From positions 1-64,000 of the IMG/VR virus record IMGVR_UViG_3300033571_009404: a stretch of 64,000 nucleotides of DNA. One strand, written 5' to 3'. The translations under genes and the position numbers were made by a program. Position 1 is the stretch's first letter, and each line of letters opens with the position of its first letter. This document shows positions 9,920 to 19,003 of the stretch, in pieces. The notes beneath the pieces were generated by a model. The model searched no databases and was not told the origin of the DNA. It saw only the letters and a list, made by a program, of their open reading frames with translations.

Positions 9920-10291
9920 ATGGATGAAAAATACGCATTCTTTGATGACAATGGTCGAGTAAAGGAAATTGAGTATCCGATCTTTACTAAACCATTCGAG
10001 AAAAAGGAACACTGGTTTATCAAGTTCTTGATCTGGACTGGTGCTTTAACTCGTCAGTATGAGTGGTTAAATTTCCATCAACGATACATCATGTTATCGT
10101 TAGCCAATCCCATGCGTTGGTCGATTGCGCTCATGATCCAGATCGATAGCTTAATCGATAGTAAGACTATTGACCCAAATACTCTGAGAGAGGTGAATCT
10201 CTTAATGCACGTGCATGGGGTGCCCGTTGCCCTTGCATGGTATCGTATCTTCGGATACAAGATTCCTATTAACTCAGAGGTGAGAGTATGA
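9920..10291 (+). CDS. Hypothetical protein (paralog of 10288)
   Basis: Shares PxF...H and V..LM....VPV....I.G patterns with the next gene. Confidence 0.7.
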   Translation: MDEKYAFFDDNGRVKEIEYPIFTKPFEKKEHWFIKFLIWTGALTRQYEWLNFHQRYIMLSLANPMRWSIALMIQIDSLIDSKTIDPNTLREVNLLMHVHGVPVALAWYRIFGYKIPINSEVRV

Positions 10292-10728
10292 TAGCCCTAC
10301 CTAGCTACGATTCTCCAGACATTCAAGATGAAGAAGGTACTCTGTCCCACAAGGTCAGGATTCCTATGTTCCAGTACCACATGGAACAAGATCACTTTAT
10401 CTGGAAGGTACTGGATAAGTTGCGTTGTTTGGATCGTGTTTTCATTCCCATTGACAGACGTTCTCGTTTGGTCAAGTACAGGGACCACCCTGAAATCATC
10501 AATGGTAAGTTCGATGCTAATCGTGTCTCCATGACGCGCGAGCAACTCGACGGTATTATCAAGACCATTGATGATGATGCATTTTCAGGTCGTGCTAGTG
10601 CGCGTGACTATTATTGTTATCGCGTGGATCGTTTGATGAACATCGCTAAAGTGCCGGTAGGTACATGCGATTACATCGTACTGGGTATTCGCGTCTACAC
10701 CAAGGATGTGATTTATCCAGTGAATTAA
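10288..10728 (+). CDS. Hypothetical protein (paralog of 9920)
   Basis: GAGG SD; ATGA overlap. Confidence 0.7.
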   Translation: MIALPSYDSPDIQDEEGTLSHKVRIPMFQYHMEQDHFIWKVLDKLRCLDRVFIPIDRRSRLVKYRDHPEIINGKFDANRVSMTREQLDGIIKTIDDDAFSGRASARDYYCYRVDRLMNIAKVPVGTCDYIVLGIRVYTKDVIYPVN

Positions 10729-10818
10729 TTATTGGCAAAAATTAGAGGATGCTTGTATTCTTTTGAATAGAATGCAAGTATTCCTCTAGTGCCTTTATGT
10801 CTTTCATTTAGGAAGAGT

Positions 10819-10983
10819 ATGTCTAATTTAGGTTTTATGTGGTTTAGTTTTGGTGTCATCGTTTTGATCATGTGGATTATCAAGATGTGTGAGAAACCAA
10901 AAGAACCTCCCAAACTCGATCCCAACACCCTGCCGCCAGAAGTGTTAGATGAAATCCGTAAGGAGAACAAACATGGCTTGTAA
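10819..10983 (+). CDS. Small single-TM membrane protein
   Basis: AGGA SD; hydrophobic FMWFSFGVIVLIMWII. Confidence 0.65.
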   Translation: MSNLGFMWFSFGVIVLIMWIIKMCEKPKEPPKLDPNTLPPEVLDEIRKENKHGL

Positions 10984-11107
10984 TGATGCTTTCGTGGAAT
11001 CGATGATTGTCCTCTATAGTCCTGTAGTGGCGGCAATCATCTTAACCGTGTTCACTTATGGTGCTTACCTGTTCCATAAGTACCTGAAACGTAAAGGATG
11101 GGCATGA
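10973..11107 (+). CDS. Small single-TM membrane protein (44 aa, not in ORF track)
   Basis: AAGGAG SD; MACNDAFVESMIVLYSPVVAAIILTVFTYGAYLFHKYLKRKGWA. Confidence 0.65.
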   Translation: MACNDAFVESMIVLYSPVVAAIILTVFTYGAYLFHKYLKRKGWA

Positions 11108-11316
11108 TTCAAAACGACCCACTCTTAACAGGTTTCTGCTATGGACTCCTGATTCTCTTTGTCATCTTCTTTGTGTTCTGGACTTGGATCTGGTTTATTG
11201 ATCCTCCTAAGCCTCCTTCTTACTGGGAATGGCAGGCGACAAGACGGAAGTTCGATAGCGAGATGAAGAAGATCAAAGAAAGGAAAGAAGCATGCCAGAC
11301 GAAAGAGTCGTCCTAA
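11104..11316 (+). CDS. Small single-TM membrane protein
   Basis: ATGA overlap; GLLILFVIFFVFWTWIWFI. Confidence 0.7.
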   Translation: MIQNDPLLTGFCYGLLILFVIFFVFWTWIWFIDPPKPPSYWEWQATRRKFDSEMKKIKERKEACQTKESS

Positions 11317-11498
11317 TTCGCATGGGTAATGACTGGGATTGGTGGCAGTGGTTGTTGTTATTTGTTGTCAGTCTGGTTGCTACGCTTTGCATCATTGTCT
11401 TCCCCGATAAGGGTCCTCGCATGGGTCCTGAAGTCAGGAAGATTTACAAGAGAAAGAAGATTAACAAGCTTAAAGCAAGGAGGCGCTATGGACGTTAG
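11292..11498 (+). CDS. Small single-TM membrane protein
   Basis: AAGGA SD; WLLLFVVSLVATLCIIVF then a basic tail. Confidence 0.65.
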   Translation: MPDERVVLIRMGNDWDWWQWLLLFVVSLVATLCIIVFPDKGPRMGPEVRKIYKRKKINKLKARRRYGR

Positions 11499-12072
11499 TG
11501 CAACGATGGTGCTGACGGTTCTGGCCTGCGCCATCGTCATCATACTCTCAATTGCAGTAGGTGGTATCATCCGGGCCATGAACCCTAAAAGGATGATTCA
11601 AGAATATCGCTTTGTGAAATTGCACGGCGAAAATCATCTACCCATGGTGAGTCAACGATCCACCGACGGTGTGACTTACAAAGTAGCTGTAGGTACAGAA
11701 GATCAATTCGATGCATGGATGTCGATGGGTGTTTTTGATGATGAATTTCCCTACTTCGATTTTGATTTCTTATTAGATCATCGTGGCTGGACGATGTCTG
11801 ACGGTAGCGTCTATATGGTCAACCGTAGTTCCAAAGACAACTACCATGAATATCAGAGCATCATGCATGATCTGATCAAGGAACACCAAAAGCTTTATGG
11901 CGATGAGATTGGCCTTGAATCAACGGGTATGTATATCCCCAGTTATTTACAAGCAGCCATGGAGTATGAATACGCCGATCGTTTCCCAGGGGAATGGGAA
12001 AAGTTCAAAGGTGAAAAAGAAGCAAAGAACTACGTAGAACCCATTGACCATTTCGTCAAACAACTCGCTTAA
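11488..12072 (+). CDS. N-terminally anchored membrane protein
   Basis: AAGGAGG SD before ATG 11488; N-terminal TM helix. Confidence 0.75.
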   Translation: MDVSATMVLTVLACAIVIILSIAVGGIIRAMNPKRMIQEYRFVKLHGENHLPMVSQRSTDGVTYKVAVGTEDQFDAWMSMGVFDDEFPYFDFDFLLDHRGWTMSDGSVYMVNRSSKDNYHEYQSIMHDLIKEHQKLYGDEIGLESTGMYIPSYLQAAMEYEYADRFPGEWEKFKGEKEAKNYVEPIDHFVKQLA

Positions 12073-12088
12073 CTCAAGGAGCATCAAC

Positions 12089-13081
12089 ATGCCTCGTACC
12101 CTGAAAGACCTGATCAGCAATTCCATCTCGCAATCCAAGGTGCCAACCTTCAACGACATCAAAGCACCAGCATCATCGAAACCCCTGCCCTGGGAAAACA
12201 AGCAATCTCGTCTGACTCCGGAACAAGAGTTCCAGAAGTCGCTGAAGAAAGACGACAAGCCTGCTACGGTTGACCGCAGTGGCCTGGAACAAGTGAGCGA
12301 TCCGGTCATGAAAGAAAACCTCACGCGTCTGGCTGATGCTGCTGAACGTATCGTGGCCAAGAAGCCTACCATCAAGGCAGTGGTCAAGCCCAAGAAGAAG
12401 CCGATGGTTTCCAAGGGTAAGGTCAAGCCGATCGATAAGCCTGCTCCGAAGCGTGAATCGATCACCCCCAAGGCCAAACCTACCGTGATCAAGACCAAGG
12501 CTGTGACGCCTATCAAGTCTGGTAAAATGTCGGTCGGTGGTTTCGTGCAAGAGCTTAACAAAGCTGTCGGTAACACCAACGTGACTGCGGCACCGGAACA
12601 AAAGAAAGGGGATGTGAATGCAGGTCAAAAGAAGGCTGGTCCCGGTCGTCCGAAGAGTGAAGGTAAGACCGCAGCACAAAAGCCGGGTAAGAGTGCACCT
12701 GCTAAGGGGGCTCCGGTGGGTAAGGCAGCAGCTGATAAACAAGCAGCTGTGAAGAAGGAAGTCAACAAGCCCAAGACGATGAAGAAGATCATCGACGCGG
12801 TTTCCGATCGCAAAGCATCGCCCAAGGAAATCGGTAAGAAGGTCGCTGACATCGTCGTGGAAGCCAAGAACGTGGCTACTAACAAAGAGATCGTTATCAA
12901 TGCAAAAAACACCCCGGTTCAAGACAAGAAGGTTCCGGCCAAAGCGCTTCAATCTGCAGAAAAGCCCGCACCGAAGAAAGTCGTTCACGGTAAGGGTAAT
13001 GTGTCTGCGCATAGCAGCAAGGCAAAACCGGTTCAATCTGGCAAAGCAGCTGGCAAAGCTGGCGTGAAGGCTAAGAAGTAA
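12089..13081 (+). CDS. Lys/Ala/Pro-rich histone H1-like protein with AT-hook-like GRP motif
   Basis: AAGGAG SD; low-complexity K/A/P composition; KKAGPGRPKS. Confidence 0.7.
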   Translation: MPRTLKDLISNSISQSKVPTFNDIKAPASSKPLPWENKQSRLTPEQEFQKSLKKDDKPATVDRSGLEQVSDPVMKENLTRLADAAERIVAKKPTIKAVVKPKKKPMVSKGKVKPIDKPAPKRESITPKAKPTVIKTKAVTPIKSGKMSVGGFVQELNKAVGNTNVTAAPEQKKGDVNAGQKKAGPGRPKSEGKTAAQKPGKSAPAKGAPVGKAAADKQAAVKKEVNKPKTMKKIIDAVSDRKASPKEIGKKVADIVVEAKNVATNKEIVINAKNTPVQDKKVPAKALQSAEKPAPKKVVHGKGNVSAHSSKAKPVQSGKAAGKAGVKAKK

Positions 13082-13101
13082 TTTTCACAAAAGGTGAGTA
13101 C

Positions 13102-13284
13102 ATGATGAAGAAAAGGAAACTGCGTTACAGACGCTGGCAAGTACCACGAGAAAGAGATCCGAACTTCCGTCGGATGTTTATCAAGTCGTGGCGTCGTGAA
13201 CATTCTCGTATTCGTTATCCCTTGATGTTCCGGGAATGCTACATGATCCATCCTGAGTATTCCAGCTACCTGTTACACGGTTAA
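13102..13284 (+). CDS. Small Arg-rich protein
   Basis: AAGGTG SD; MMKKRKLRYRR. Confidence 0.55.
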   Translation: MMKKRKLRYRRWQVPRERDPNFRRMFIKSWRREHSRIRYPLMFRECYMIHPEYSSYLLHG

Positions 13285-13319
13285 GTACTCACCACCCTCA
13301 ACTAAAAAGAAAGCTATTC

Positions 13320-14183
13320 ATGCTGAAAGTTCAAGTCGATTACCACGATGATGCTTTGTTCGACAGCACAGACTTCGAGCCGAAGATCATTACTTTCCCT
13401 GGCGGGGAATGTCATGTGACTCTACCGGATGAATTGCTGGACAATCCACGTGCCCGTGCGTTTACCATTAAGACGCTGATCAAGAACGCCGACCACATCA
13501 TGCATTTGCTGATGGTTACAGACGCGATTCGTCGCCACTACGCGGGCTATCCGATTTTCCTACACATGCCGTACATTCCGTACGCACGTCAAGACCGCGT
13601 AGCCAACCACGGCGAGTCTTTGTCGGCTCGTGTGTTCTGTGATCTGATCAATGCTCAGAACTACGAAGTCGTCAGCGTCGCTGATCCGCACAGCCCGGTG
13701 GTGGAAGCGCTGCTGAACCGCATCGACGTGGTCGATCCGATTTACATGGTCGAAGAAGTGCTGCAAAGCGATCTCTTCAAGGACGGTGTGGCGCTGGTTG
13801 CACCGGACGCAGGTGCCCGAAAGCGTGTGCTGAATATGGCCATGGAAGTCAACGTCGAAGACGTGATCTTTGCTGACAAGGTACGCGATACCAAGACTGG
13901 CAAGATCACCGGTACCGTGGTCAACAACGAAGTTCCTCAAGGTAAAGCTATTCTGGTCGTGGATGACATCTGTGACGGTGGTCGTACCTTCCTGGAACTG
14001 GGTAAGGTCTTAAAGGAGAAGACCGACCAACCGCTGTACCTGTACATTACCCATGGCATCTTCAGCAAAGGTCTGGAAGAACTCGGTAAGTATTACGACC
14101 GTATCTTCACTGCCTACAACTGGAATGATGAAGAAGCCAACAATCCCCAACTGACCTTGATCAAGGAAGGAAATCTGCTGTGA
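13320..14183 (+). CDS. Ribose-phosphate pyrophosphokinase-like protein (probable ADPR-PP synthetase, Adps)
   Basis: FPGGE, PYIPYARQDR, DPHS, APDAGA and VDDICDGGRTF motifs; coupled to a Nampt-like gene. Confidence 0.9.
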   Translation: MLKVQVDYHDDALFDSTDFEPKIITFPGGECHVTLPDELLDNPRARAFTIKTLIKNADHIMHLLMVTDAIRRHYAGYPIFLHMPYIPYARQDRVANHGESLSARVFCDLINAQNYEVVSVADPHSPVVEALLNRIDVVDPIYMVEEVLQSDLFKDGVALVAPDAGARKRVLNMAMEVNVEDVIFADKVRDTKTGKITGTVVNNEVPQGKAILVVDDICDGGRTFLELGKVLKEKTDQPLYLYITHGIFSKGLEELGKYYDRIFTAYNWNDEEANNPQLTLIKEGNLL

Positions 14184-15883
14184 GCGAACAACAAGAAAAC
14201 ATCGTCGAGAAAGTTGCCAATGGTCTCGTGCCATTCAACCTGGCAGACTTCTACAAGACTGGTCACCCAGCCATGTATCCTCAGGGTACTGAAACCCTGG
14301 TGGCCAACTTTACCCCGCGCTCGGCCAAGTACGCTCCGGTACTGCCGGAATTGTTCGATAACAAGATCGTTTGGTTCGGCCTGCGTGGTTTCATCCAGGA
14401 ATGGCTGATCGATGTCTTCAATCGCGAGTTCTTCCAAAAACCCAAGGAAGAAGCCATCAAGAAGTACCGTCGTCGTATGGACACTTCTCTCGGTCCTGGT
14501 GCTGTCAGCATGAAGAAGCTGGAACTGCTCCATGATCTGGGTTACCTTCCGCTGGAAATTCGCGCCCTACCTGAAGGCGCTCGTGTGAACATCAAGGTAC
14601 CGCCGGTACTGTTCATCAACACCGCTGGCCCTGAACTGTCGTGGGTGGCTACCTACTTCGAAACTCTGATGTCCTGCGAAAGCTGGAAAATCTCGACGGT
14701 CGGTACCATTGCTTTCGAGTTCCACAAGCTGCTGACCTACTTCGCTGTGTCCACTGGCGCGCCTCTGGACTTTGTGCGTTGGCAAGGTCACGACTTCTCG
14801 TTCCGTGGCATGTCGGGTGTGCATGATGCAATGCGTACCTGCTCGGCTCACTTGCTGTCGTTCATGGGTACCGATACCATCCCGTCTATCGACTACCTGG
14901 AAGACTACTACGACGCCGATTCCGACAAGGAACTGGTGGGTGGTTCGATCCCAGCATCGGAACACAGTGTGATGGCTCTGCGCATTCTGCTGAAGCTGAA
15001 GGAACTGGCCAAGCTGCCGGAGAACGCAGGTCTGACTCACAAGCAACTACGTAAGGCAGCTGAGCTGGAAGTGGTGCGTGACTATGCCATCAAGGAATAC
15101 GACACTGGTCTGGTCTCCATGGTCTCGGATACCTTCGACTTCTGGAATGTGATCACTCACATCGCCAAGGTCCTGAAGCCTGAAATCATGCAACGCAAGC
15201 CGGATGTGTTCGGTAATGCCAAGGTCGTCTTCCGTCCTGATTCGGGTGATCCAGTGTACATCCTGACCGGTTACAAGAACAGTGAAATCGTTGCTAATGG
15301 CGATGGTACTTTCACTGTCAATGCAACTGGCAGAGTCATCCAAGATCACGAGCGTCGTGGTGCTGTGGAATGCCTGTGGGATATCTTCGGTGGTACCGAA
15401 ACCAGTCTCGGCTACAAGCTGCTGGATTCCCACGTCGGTCTGATCTACGGTGACTCGATCACTCTGCCGCGTGCTATGCGTATCCTGCGTCGTCTGCAAG
15501 ACAAGGGCTTCGCATCCACCAACGTAGTCTTCGGTATCGGTTCGTACACTTACAACATGCTCTCCCGTGACGTCTTCGGTTGGGCCATGAAGGCGGTGTA
15601 CGCGGTAGTCGATGGTGAGCCGGTTGAGATCTACAAGGATCCAGCAACTGACGACGGTATGAAGAAGTCGGCCAAGGGTCTGCTGCGTGTGGATAAGGTA
15701 GGTAACAACTACTTCCTGACGGAGAACTGCACCCCGGAAGAGTTCGAAGGCGGTGAACTCAAGCCGGTGTTCCGTAATGGTGAGATGTTGGTCAAGCCTA
15801 CCTTTAAGGAAGCCAAGGAACGTCTGCACCTTTCTTGGACGTGTCCGGAACCTAATAGCATCGTCTGGCAAGACGCTGCTTAA
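14180..15883 (+). CDS. Nicotinamide phosphoribosyltransferase-like protein (probable Namat)
   Basis: DFYKTGH, HDFSFRG, PASEHSV, VSDTFD, RPDSGDP, LIYGDSIT, KDPATD and KKSAKG motifs; GTGA overlap. Confidence 0.92.
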   Translation: MSEQQENIVEKVANGLVPFNLADFYKTGHPAMYPQGTETLVANFTPRSAKYAPVLPELFDNKIVWFGLRGFIQEWLIDVFNREFFQKPKEEAIKKYRRRMDTSLGPGAVSMKKLELLHDLGYLPLEIRALPEGARVNIKVPPVLFINTAGPELSWVATYFETLMSCESWKISTVGTIAFEFHKLLTYFAVSTGAPLDFVRWQGHDFSFRGMSGVHDAMRTCSAHLLSFMGTDTIPSIDYLEDYYDADSDKELVGGSIPASEHSVMALRILLKLKELAKLPENAGLTHKQLRKAAELEVVRDYAIKEYDTGLVSMVSDTFDFWNVITHIAKVLKPEIMQRKPDVFGNAKVVFRPDSGDPVYILTGYKNSEIVANGDGTFTVNATGRVIQDHERRGAVECLWDIFGGTETSLGYKLLDSHVGLIYGDSITLPRAMRILRRLQDKGFASTNVVFGIGSYTYNMLSRDVFGWAMKAVYAVVDGEPVEIYKDPATDDGMKKSAKGLLRVDKVGNNYFLTENCTPEEFEGGELKPVFRNGEMLVKPTFKEAKERLHLSWTCPEPNSIVWQDAA

Positions 15884-15887
15884 TTAG

Positions 15888-15925
15888 GGCATAAGGACCG
15901 GTGTGGGTAACTCCACACCGGTTTT
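15888..15925 (+). terminator. Hairpin/terminator preceded by GGCATAA tag
   Basis: ACCGGTGTGG-GTAACT-CCACACCGGT followed by TTT. Confidence 0.7.
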
Positions 15926-15943
15926 CAACTTTACTTTACTCTC

Positions 15944-16543
15944 ATGGAAAACAATCTTATCGTATTAGACGGTGATGGTGTATTGGTCGACTACCATCAC
16001 GCCTATGCTCAGGCATGGGGTAAAGCATTCGGTGAAGTACCTGCAATCAAAGATCCCGATGCTTACTGGGCATTGGATCGTTACGATGTTCGTAAGCTTC
16101 ATGGTGATGAACTGGATCACTTCAAGAAGCATATGGACTATGAATTCTGGGCTACCATGCCCGCCATGCCTGGTGCTGTAGAGGCATGTCAAAAACTGGT
16201 AGATGCAGGTTACAAATTGATCTGTGTAACCGCATTGGAAGATGAACACAAATCTGCGCGCTGGAAGAATCTGTTAGATCTGGGTATGCCTCTGGAAGGT
16301 ATAGTTTGTACAGGACATGGGAATGATACGGCCAGTCCCAAGGCATCAGTCTTAAGTGTCTTGAATCCGGTGGCATTCGCAGATGACTTCGTGCACTATA
16401 TGCGCGGCATTCCACCACACATCCATGCAGCTTTGATCATGCGTTCTAAGAACGGTACACCGAACGTCGGTCCTGATCTTAAGTTAGCTCATTCTCAACA
16501 TGCTGATATTCTTAGCTTTGCGGAATATTGGGTCAATCGTTAA
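15944..16543 (+). CDS. HAD-superfamily phosphatase (5'(3')-nucleotidase-like)
   Basis: LDGDGVLVD motif I, PAMPGA, CVT motif II, K, FADD motif IV. Confidence 0.85.
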   Translation: MENNLIVLDGDGVLVDYHHAYAQAWGKAFGEVPAIKDPDAYWALDRYDVRKLHGDELDHFKKHMDYEFWATMPAMPGAVEACQKLVDAGYKLICVTALEDEHKSARWKNLLDLGMPLEGIVCTGHGNDTASPKASVLSVLNPVAFADDFVHYMRGIPPHIHAALIMRSKNGTPNVGPDLKLAHSQHADILSFAEYWVNR

Positions 16544-16547
16544 CCCG

Positions 16548-16579
16548 GAAGGGGAGTTTTGCGACTCCCTTTCTTTTTT
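16548..16579 (+). terminator. Intrinsic terminator
   Basis: GAAGGGGAGTT-TTGC-GACTCCCTTTC followed by T6. Confidence 0.8.
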
Positions 16580-16599
16580 GTCTTAAATAAGGAACTATC

Positions 16600-17472
16600 A
16601 TGTCCGATCAACCCCAAGACCAAACACACACCTTATTGCCTGAACGCTTATATACCACAGCTGTCCAGTGGTCCAAGTTCGTCTCGATGACTGACCCCAT
16701 CGTTGAAGAGACGGTGCCCAACGTGGTGCAGCTGCACAAGAACCTCCTGCAGTACACCTCCCTCATGGGCGGTAACCTGTACTGCCTGCCTGCTGGTAAT
16801 GGCGGTCGCTTCGCTATCCTCCACAAACATCGTGCTGGTGTGAACCTGCGCGGTTGGGTGATGGGTGTTTATCAGGGTGATCTCGAACAGCTGTTCGAAC
16901 GTTTCACCGAAGAACTCCCTCCCAACATCGGTTACAACATCCAGTTCGCTCGTCCACTGGTATTGACCAAGGACATCAACTCGATGGACTTCGCTGGTAT
17001 TCTCGACGGCTATAGCGAAGCTGGTGATGAAGGATCGACTGGCATTAAGGGTAAGTTCATTACGAATACCGATGAACTGCTTCCGTATGACGAGATGATC
17101 AGCGAACTGTTGCAGGTCATGTCCGAGATGCCGGAGTATGAAAGCTACAAGATCGAAATGGTGCGTGCGCTGAAGATTGACTCCGTCACAGCTAATGTGA
17201 TTAAGGTTGAACTGATCATCGCCATCACCTGGAAGTCCTGGGTCAAACAGGATAACTCGGTCGACAAGCTGTCGCAGCATGTGACCATCAATTTCTATCC
17301 AGAAATCGAATCAAGTGCAGACTTCACGACCAAAGAGGGATGCGAACGTCACCTGCGTGCATTGCAACAGCGCAAAGAAGCCGGTGGTGAAGTCAATGAG
17401 GTGACGATCAATGCACTGAATGATCGCATCAAGACTTTCGTCTCGATGACCCAAGGCGGCGAACTGAATTAA
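16600..17472 (+). CDS. Hypothetical protein (C-terminal domain shared with 20486 and 21101)
   Basis: AAGGA SD; PEYESYKI...SQHVTINF. Confidence 0.8.
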   Translation: MSDQPQDQTHTLLPERLYTTAVQWSKFVSMTDPIVEETVPNVVQLHKNLLQYTSLMGGNLYCLPAGNGGRFAILHKHRAGVNLRGWVMGVYQGDLEQLFERFTEELPPNIGYNIQFARPLVLTKDINSMDFAGILDGYSEAGDEGSTGIKGKFITNTDELLPYDEMISELLQVMSEMPEYESYKIEMVRALKIDSVTANVIKVELIIAITWKSWVKQDNSVDKLSQHVTINFYPEIESSADFTTKEGCERHLRALQQRKEAGGEVNEVTINALNDRIKTFVSMTQGGELN

Positions 17473-17477
17473 TTTGT

Positions 17478-17500
17478 AGATACATATCACTAAAGTGTAG
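17478..17500 (+). promoter_or_regulatory. Putative phage early promoter motif
   Basis: AGATACATATCACTAAAGTGTAG. Confidence 0.7.
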
Positions 17501-17532
17501 GTTAACCTAACTTACTCTTGTAAAGAGAAATC

Positions 17533-18345
17533 ATGAACACGAAATATCTGGACGAAGTATTGAAGCAAAAGGGCTACTCTTTAGTGATTAACGAACACCG
17601 CTACGGTAGTGGGTTGTACGCGGTTATCTCTTACGGCATCGAGAATGCGTCTGATATTGCTGACAGCTTTACCGGCGGTGATGATGATTACGATATCGTA
17701 GAACAGTTCTACGGTAGTGGTAATCCGATTGCACTCTATAGCACCAAAGAAACTATCAGTGAACTGATGGTTGATCTTGATGAGAAATGTCGTCGTCTTC
17801 TGGCTATTGGCTGGTACGACTGGACAGATCTCATGTGTTATGTAGCAGATGAGTATCGAGCATGTTGTGAGAACCCTGGTGGTGAGCGTGATTTCTCAGC
17901 TGCCCTTCAGGTTAAGATCAGTGACATGAAGGCAAGGCTAGATGCAGTCTATAGTCTAGGCGGTACAGCACCTCCTATGAAGAAAGAAGATGGTCAGCAG
18001 TTAATTCGACTGCTTAAAATGAACATCGAAGTCAAACCTGAATTGAAGGATTTGTTCAGAGGCTTGTTTGGTGGCTATGTCGCTGACGGTGTCCAAGGTG
18101 AGCATTCTATTTATGCAAGTAATTGGAAGGTAATCAACAATTACCTATTAGCACCGTTTCGTGCAATACCTGAATTGAGTGGTGATGAAATTCTGGATCC
18201 GAAAGAGGGTATTCCACTGCTGCGTTGTTTGTCTTCAGGTGAATCGCAGATCTTTGAACTGACATTGGAATCATGTCCTAGGGGTAGTCCGATTCCCTTG
18301 CGTCTACCAGTGCAGTTTGTTCTCGTTATCGACAACTTCAATTAA
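17533..18345 (+). CDS. Hypothetical protein (N-terminal domain shared with 21874)
   Basis: LDEVLKQKG...RYG...FYGSGNPIALY. Confidence 0.75.
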   Translation: MNTKYLDEVLKQKGYSLVINEHRYGSGLYAVISYGIENASDIADSFTGGDDDYDIVEQFYGSGNPIALYSTKETISELMVDLDEKCRRLLAIGWYDWTDLMCYVADEYRACCENPGGERDFSAALQVKISDMKARLDAVYSLGGTAPPMKKEDGQQLIRLLKMNIEVKPELKDLFRGLFGGYVADGVQGEHSIYASNWKVINNYLLAPFRAIPELSGDEILDPKEGIPLLRCLSSGESQIFELTLESCPRGSPIPLRLPVQFVLVIDNFN

Positions 18346-18359
18346 TCGAAAGGGTTGTT

Positions 18360-18638
18360 ATGTTTGGTTGGATCAAGAAATTGTTGGGTGTCAGGGAGTA
18401 CGCAGAGAATGGAGAAGTGGTTCGTCTCTACAAACGAGGTAGCATTCAAGGTGAGGTTATCGAACAACCTCCTGGTGTGATCACGAACATGAAGGAAGTA
18501 AAGCTCCCCAATGAAGGTGGTCACTTTATCGAAAAACAAGTCACTGTCCGCCGGGCTGATGGTACGACGTTCAATGTAGCTTTTGATCGTCTGCGTATCA
18601 GTGGTCATGATCGTGGCTTCTACCTCTTCGAGGATTAA
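18360..18638 (+). CDS. Small beta-rich (SH3-like) hypothetical protein
   Basis: AAGGG SD. Confidence 0.7.
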   Translation: MFGWIKKLLGVREYAENGEVVRLYKRGSIQGEVIEQPPGVITNMKEVKLPNEGGHFIEKQVTVRRADGTTFNVAFDRLRISGHDRGFYLFED

Positions 18639-18992
18639 ATGCTGAAAGAGTTATTGAGTAAGCTCTTTAAACCTACAATAACCATTTTCGACACCCCTCA
18701 GGATAAGGTTGATGAATCCTTTCCGGATCGTATCTTTCTTATGGGAATGTACGGTATGATGGAATGCGTCACAGGCGATGATGAACAGTTTGATCATTTA
18801 TTCAACTCCGACATCTGGAGGTCTCATCCCAAGGATGTCCGTCAGAAGTTTAAAGACATGGCGCGTGGGTATGAATCAGGTCTGTGGTTAATGCCATATA
18901 TGACCATCCCTACTGAGGATGACTTCATGTTAGCCTGTGAAGAGTTCTCCAGTATCATCGGAAGCGAGATCAATGCCGTAGGTATTGGATAA
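18639..18992 (+). CDS. Hypothetical protein
   Basis: GAGGA SD, abuts upstream stop. Confidence 0.7.
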   Translation: MLKELLSKLFKPTITIFDTPQDKVDESFPDRIFLMGMYGMMECVTGDDEQFDHLFNSDIWRSHPKDVRQKFKDMARGYESGLWLMPYMTIPTEDDFMLACEEFSSIIGSEINAVGIG

Positions 18993-19003
18993 ATTTACCG
19001 TCC

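Noticed and set aside
13320-15883. NARP2 (Nampt + Nmnat) pathway
   Set aside because: The partner is PRPP-synthetase-like, and no HxGH adenylyltransferase is seen in the window
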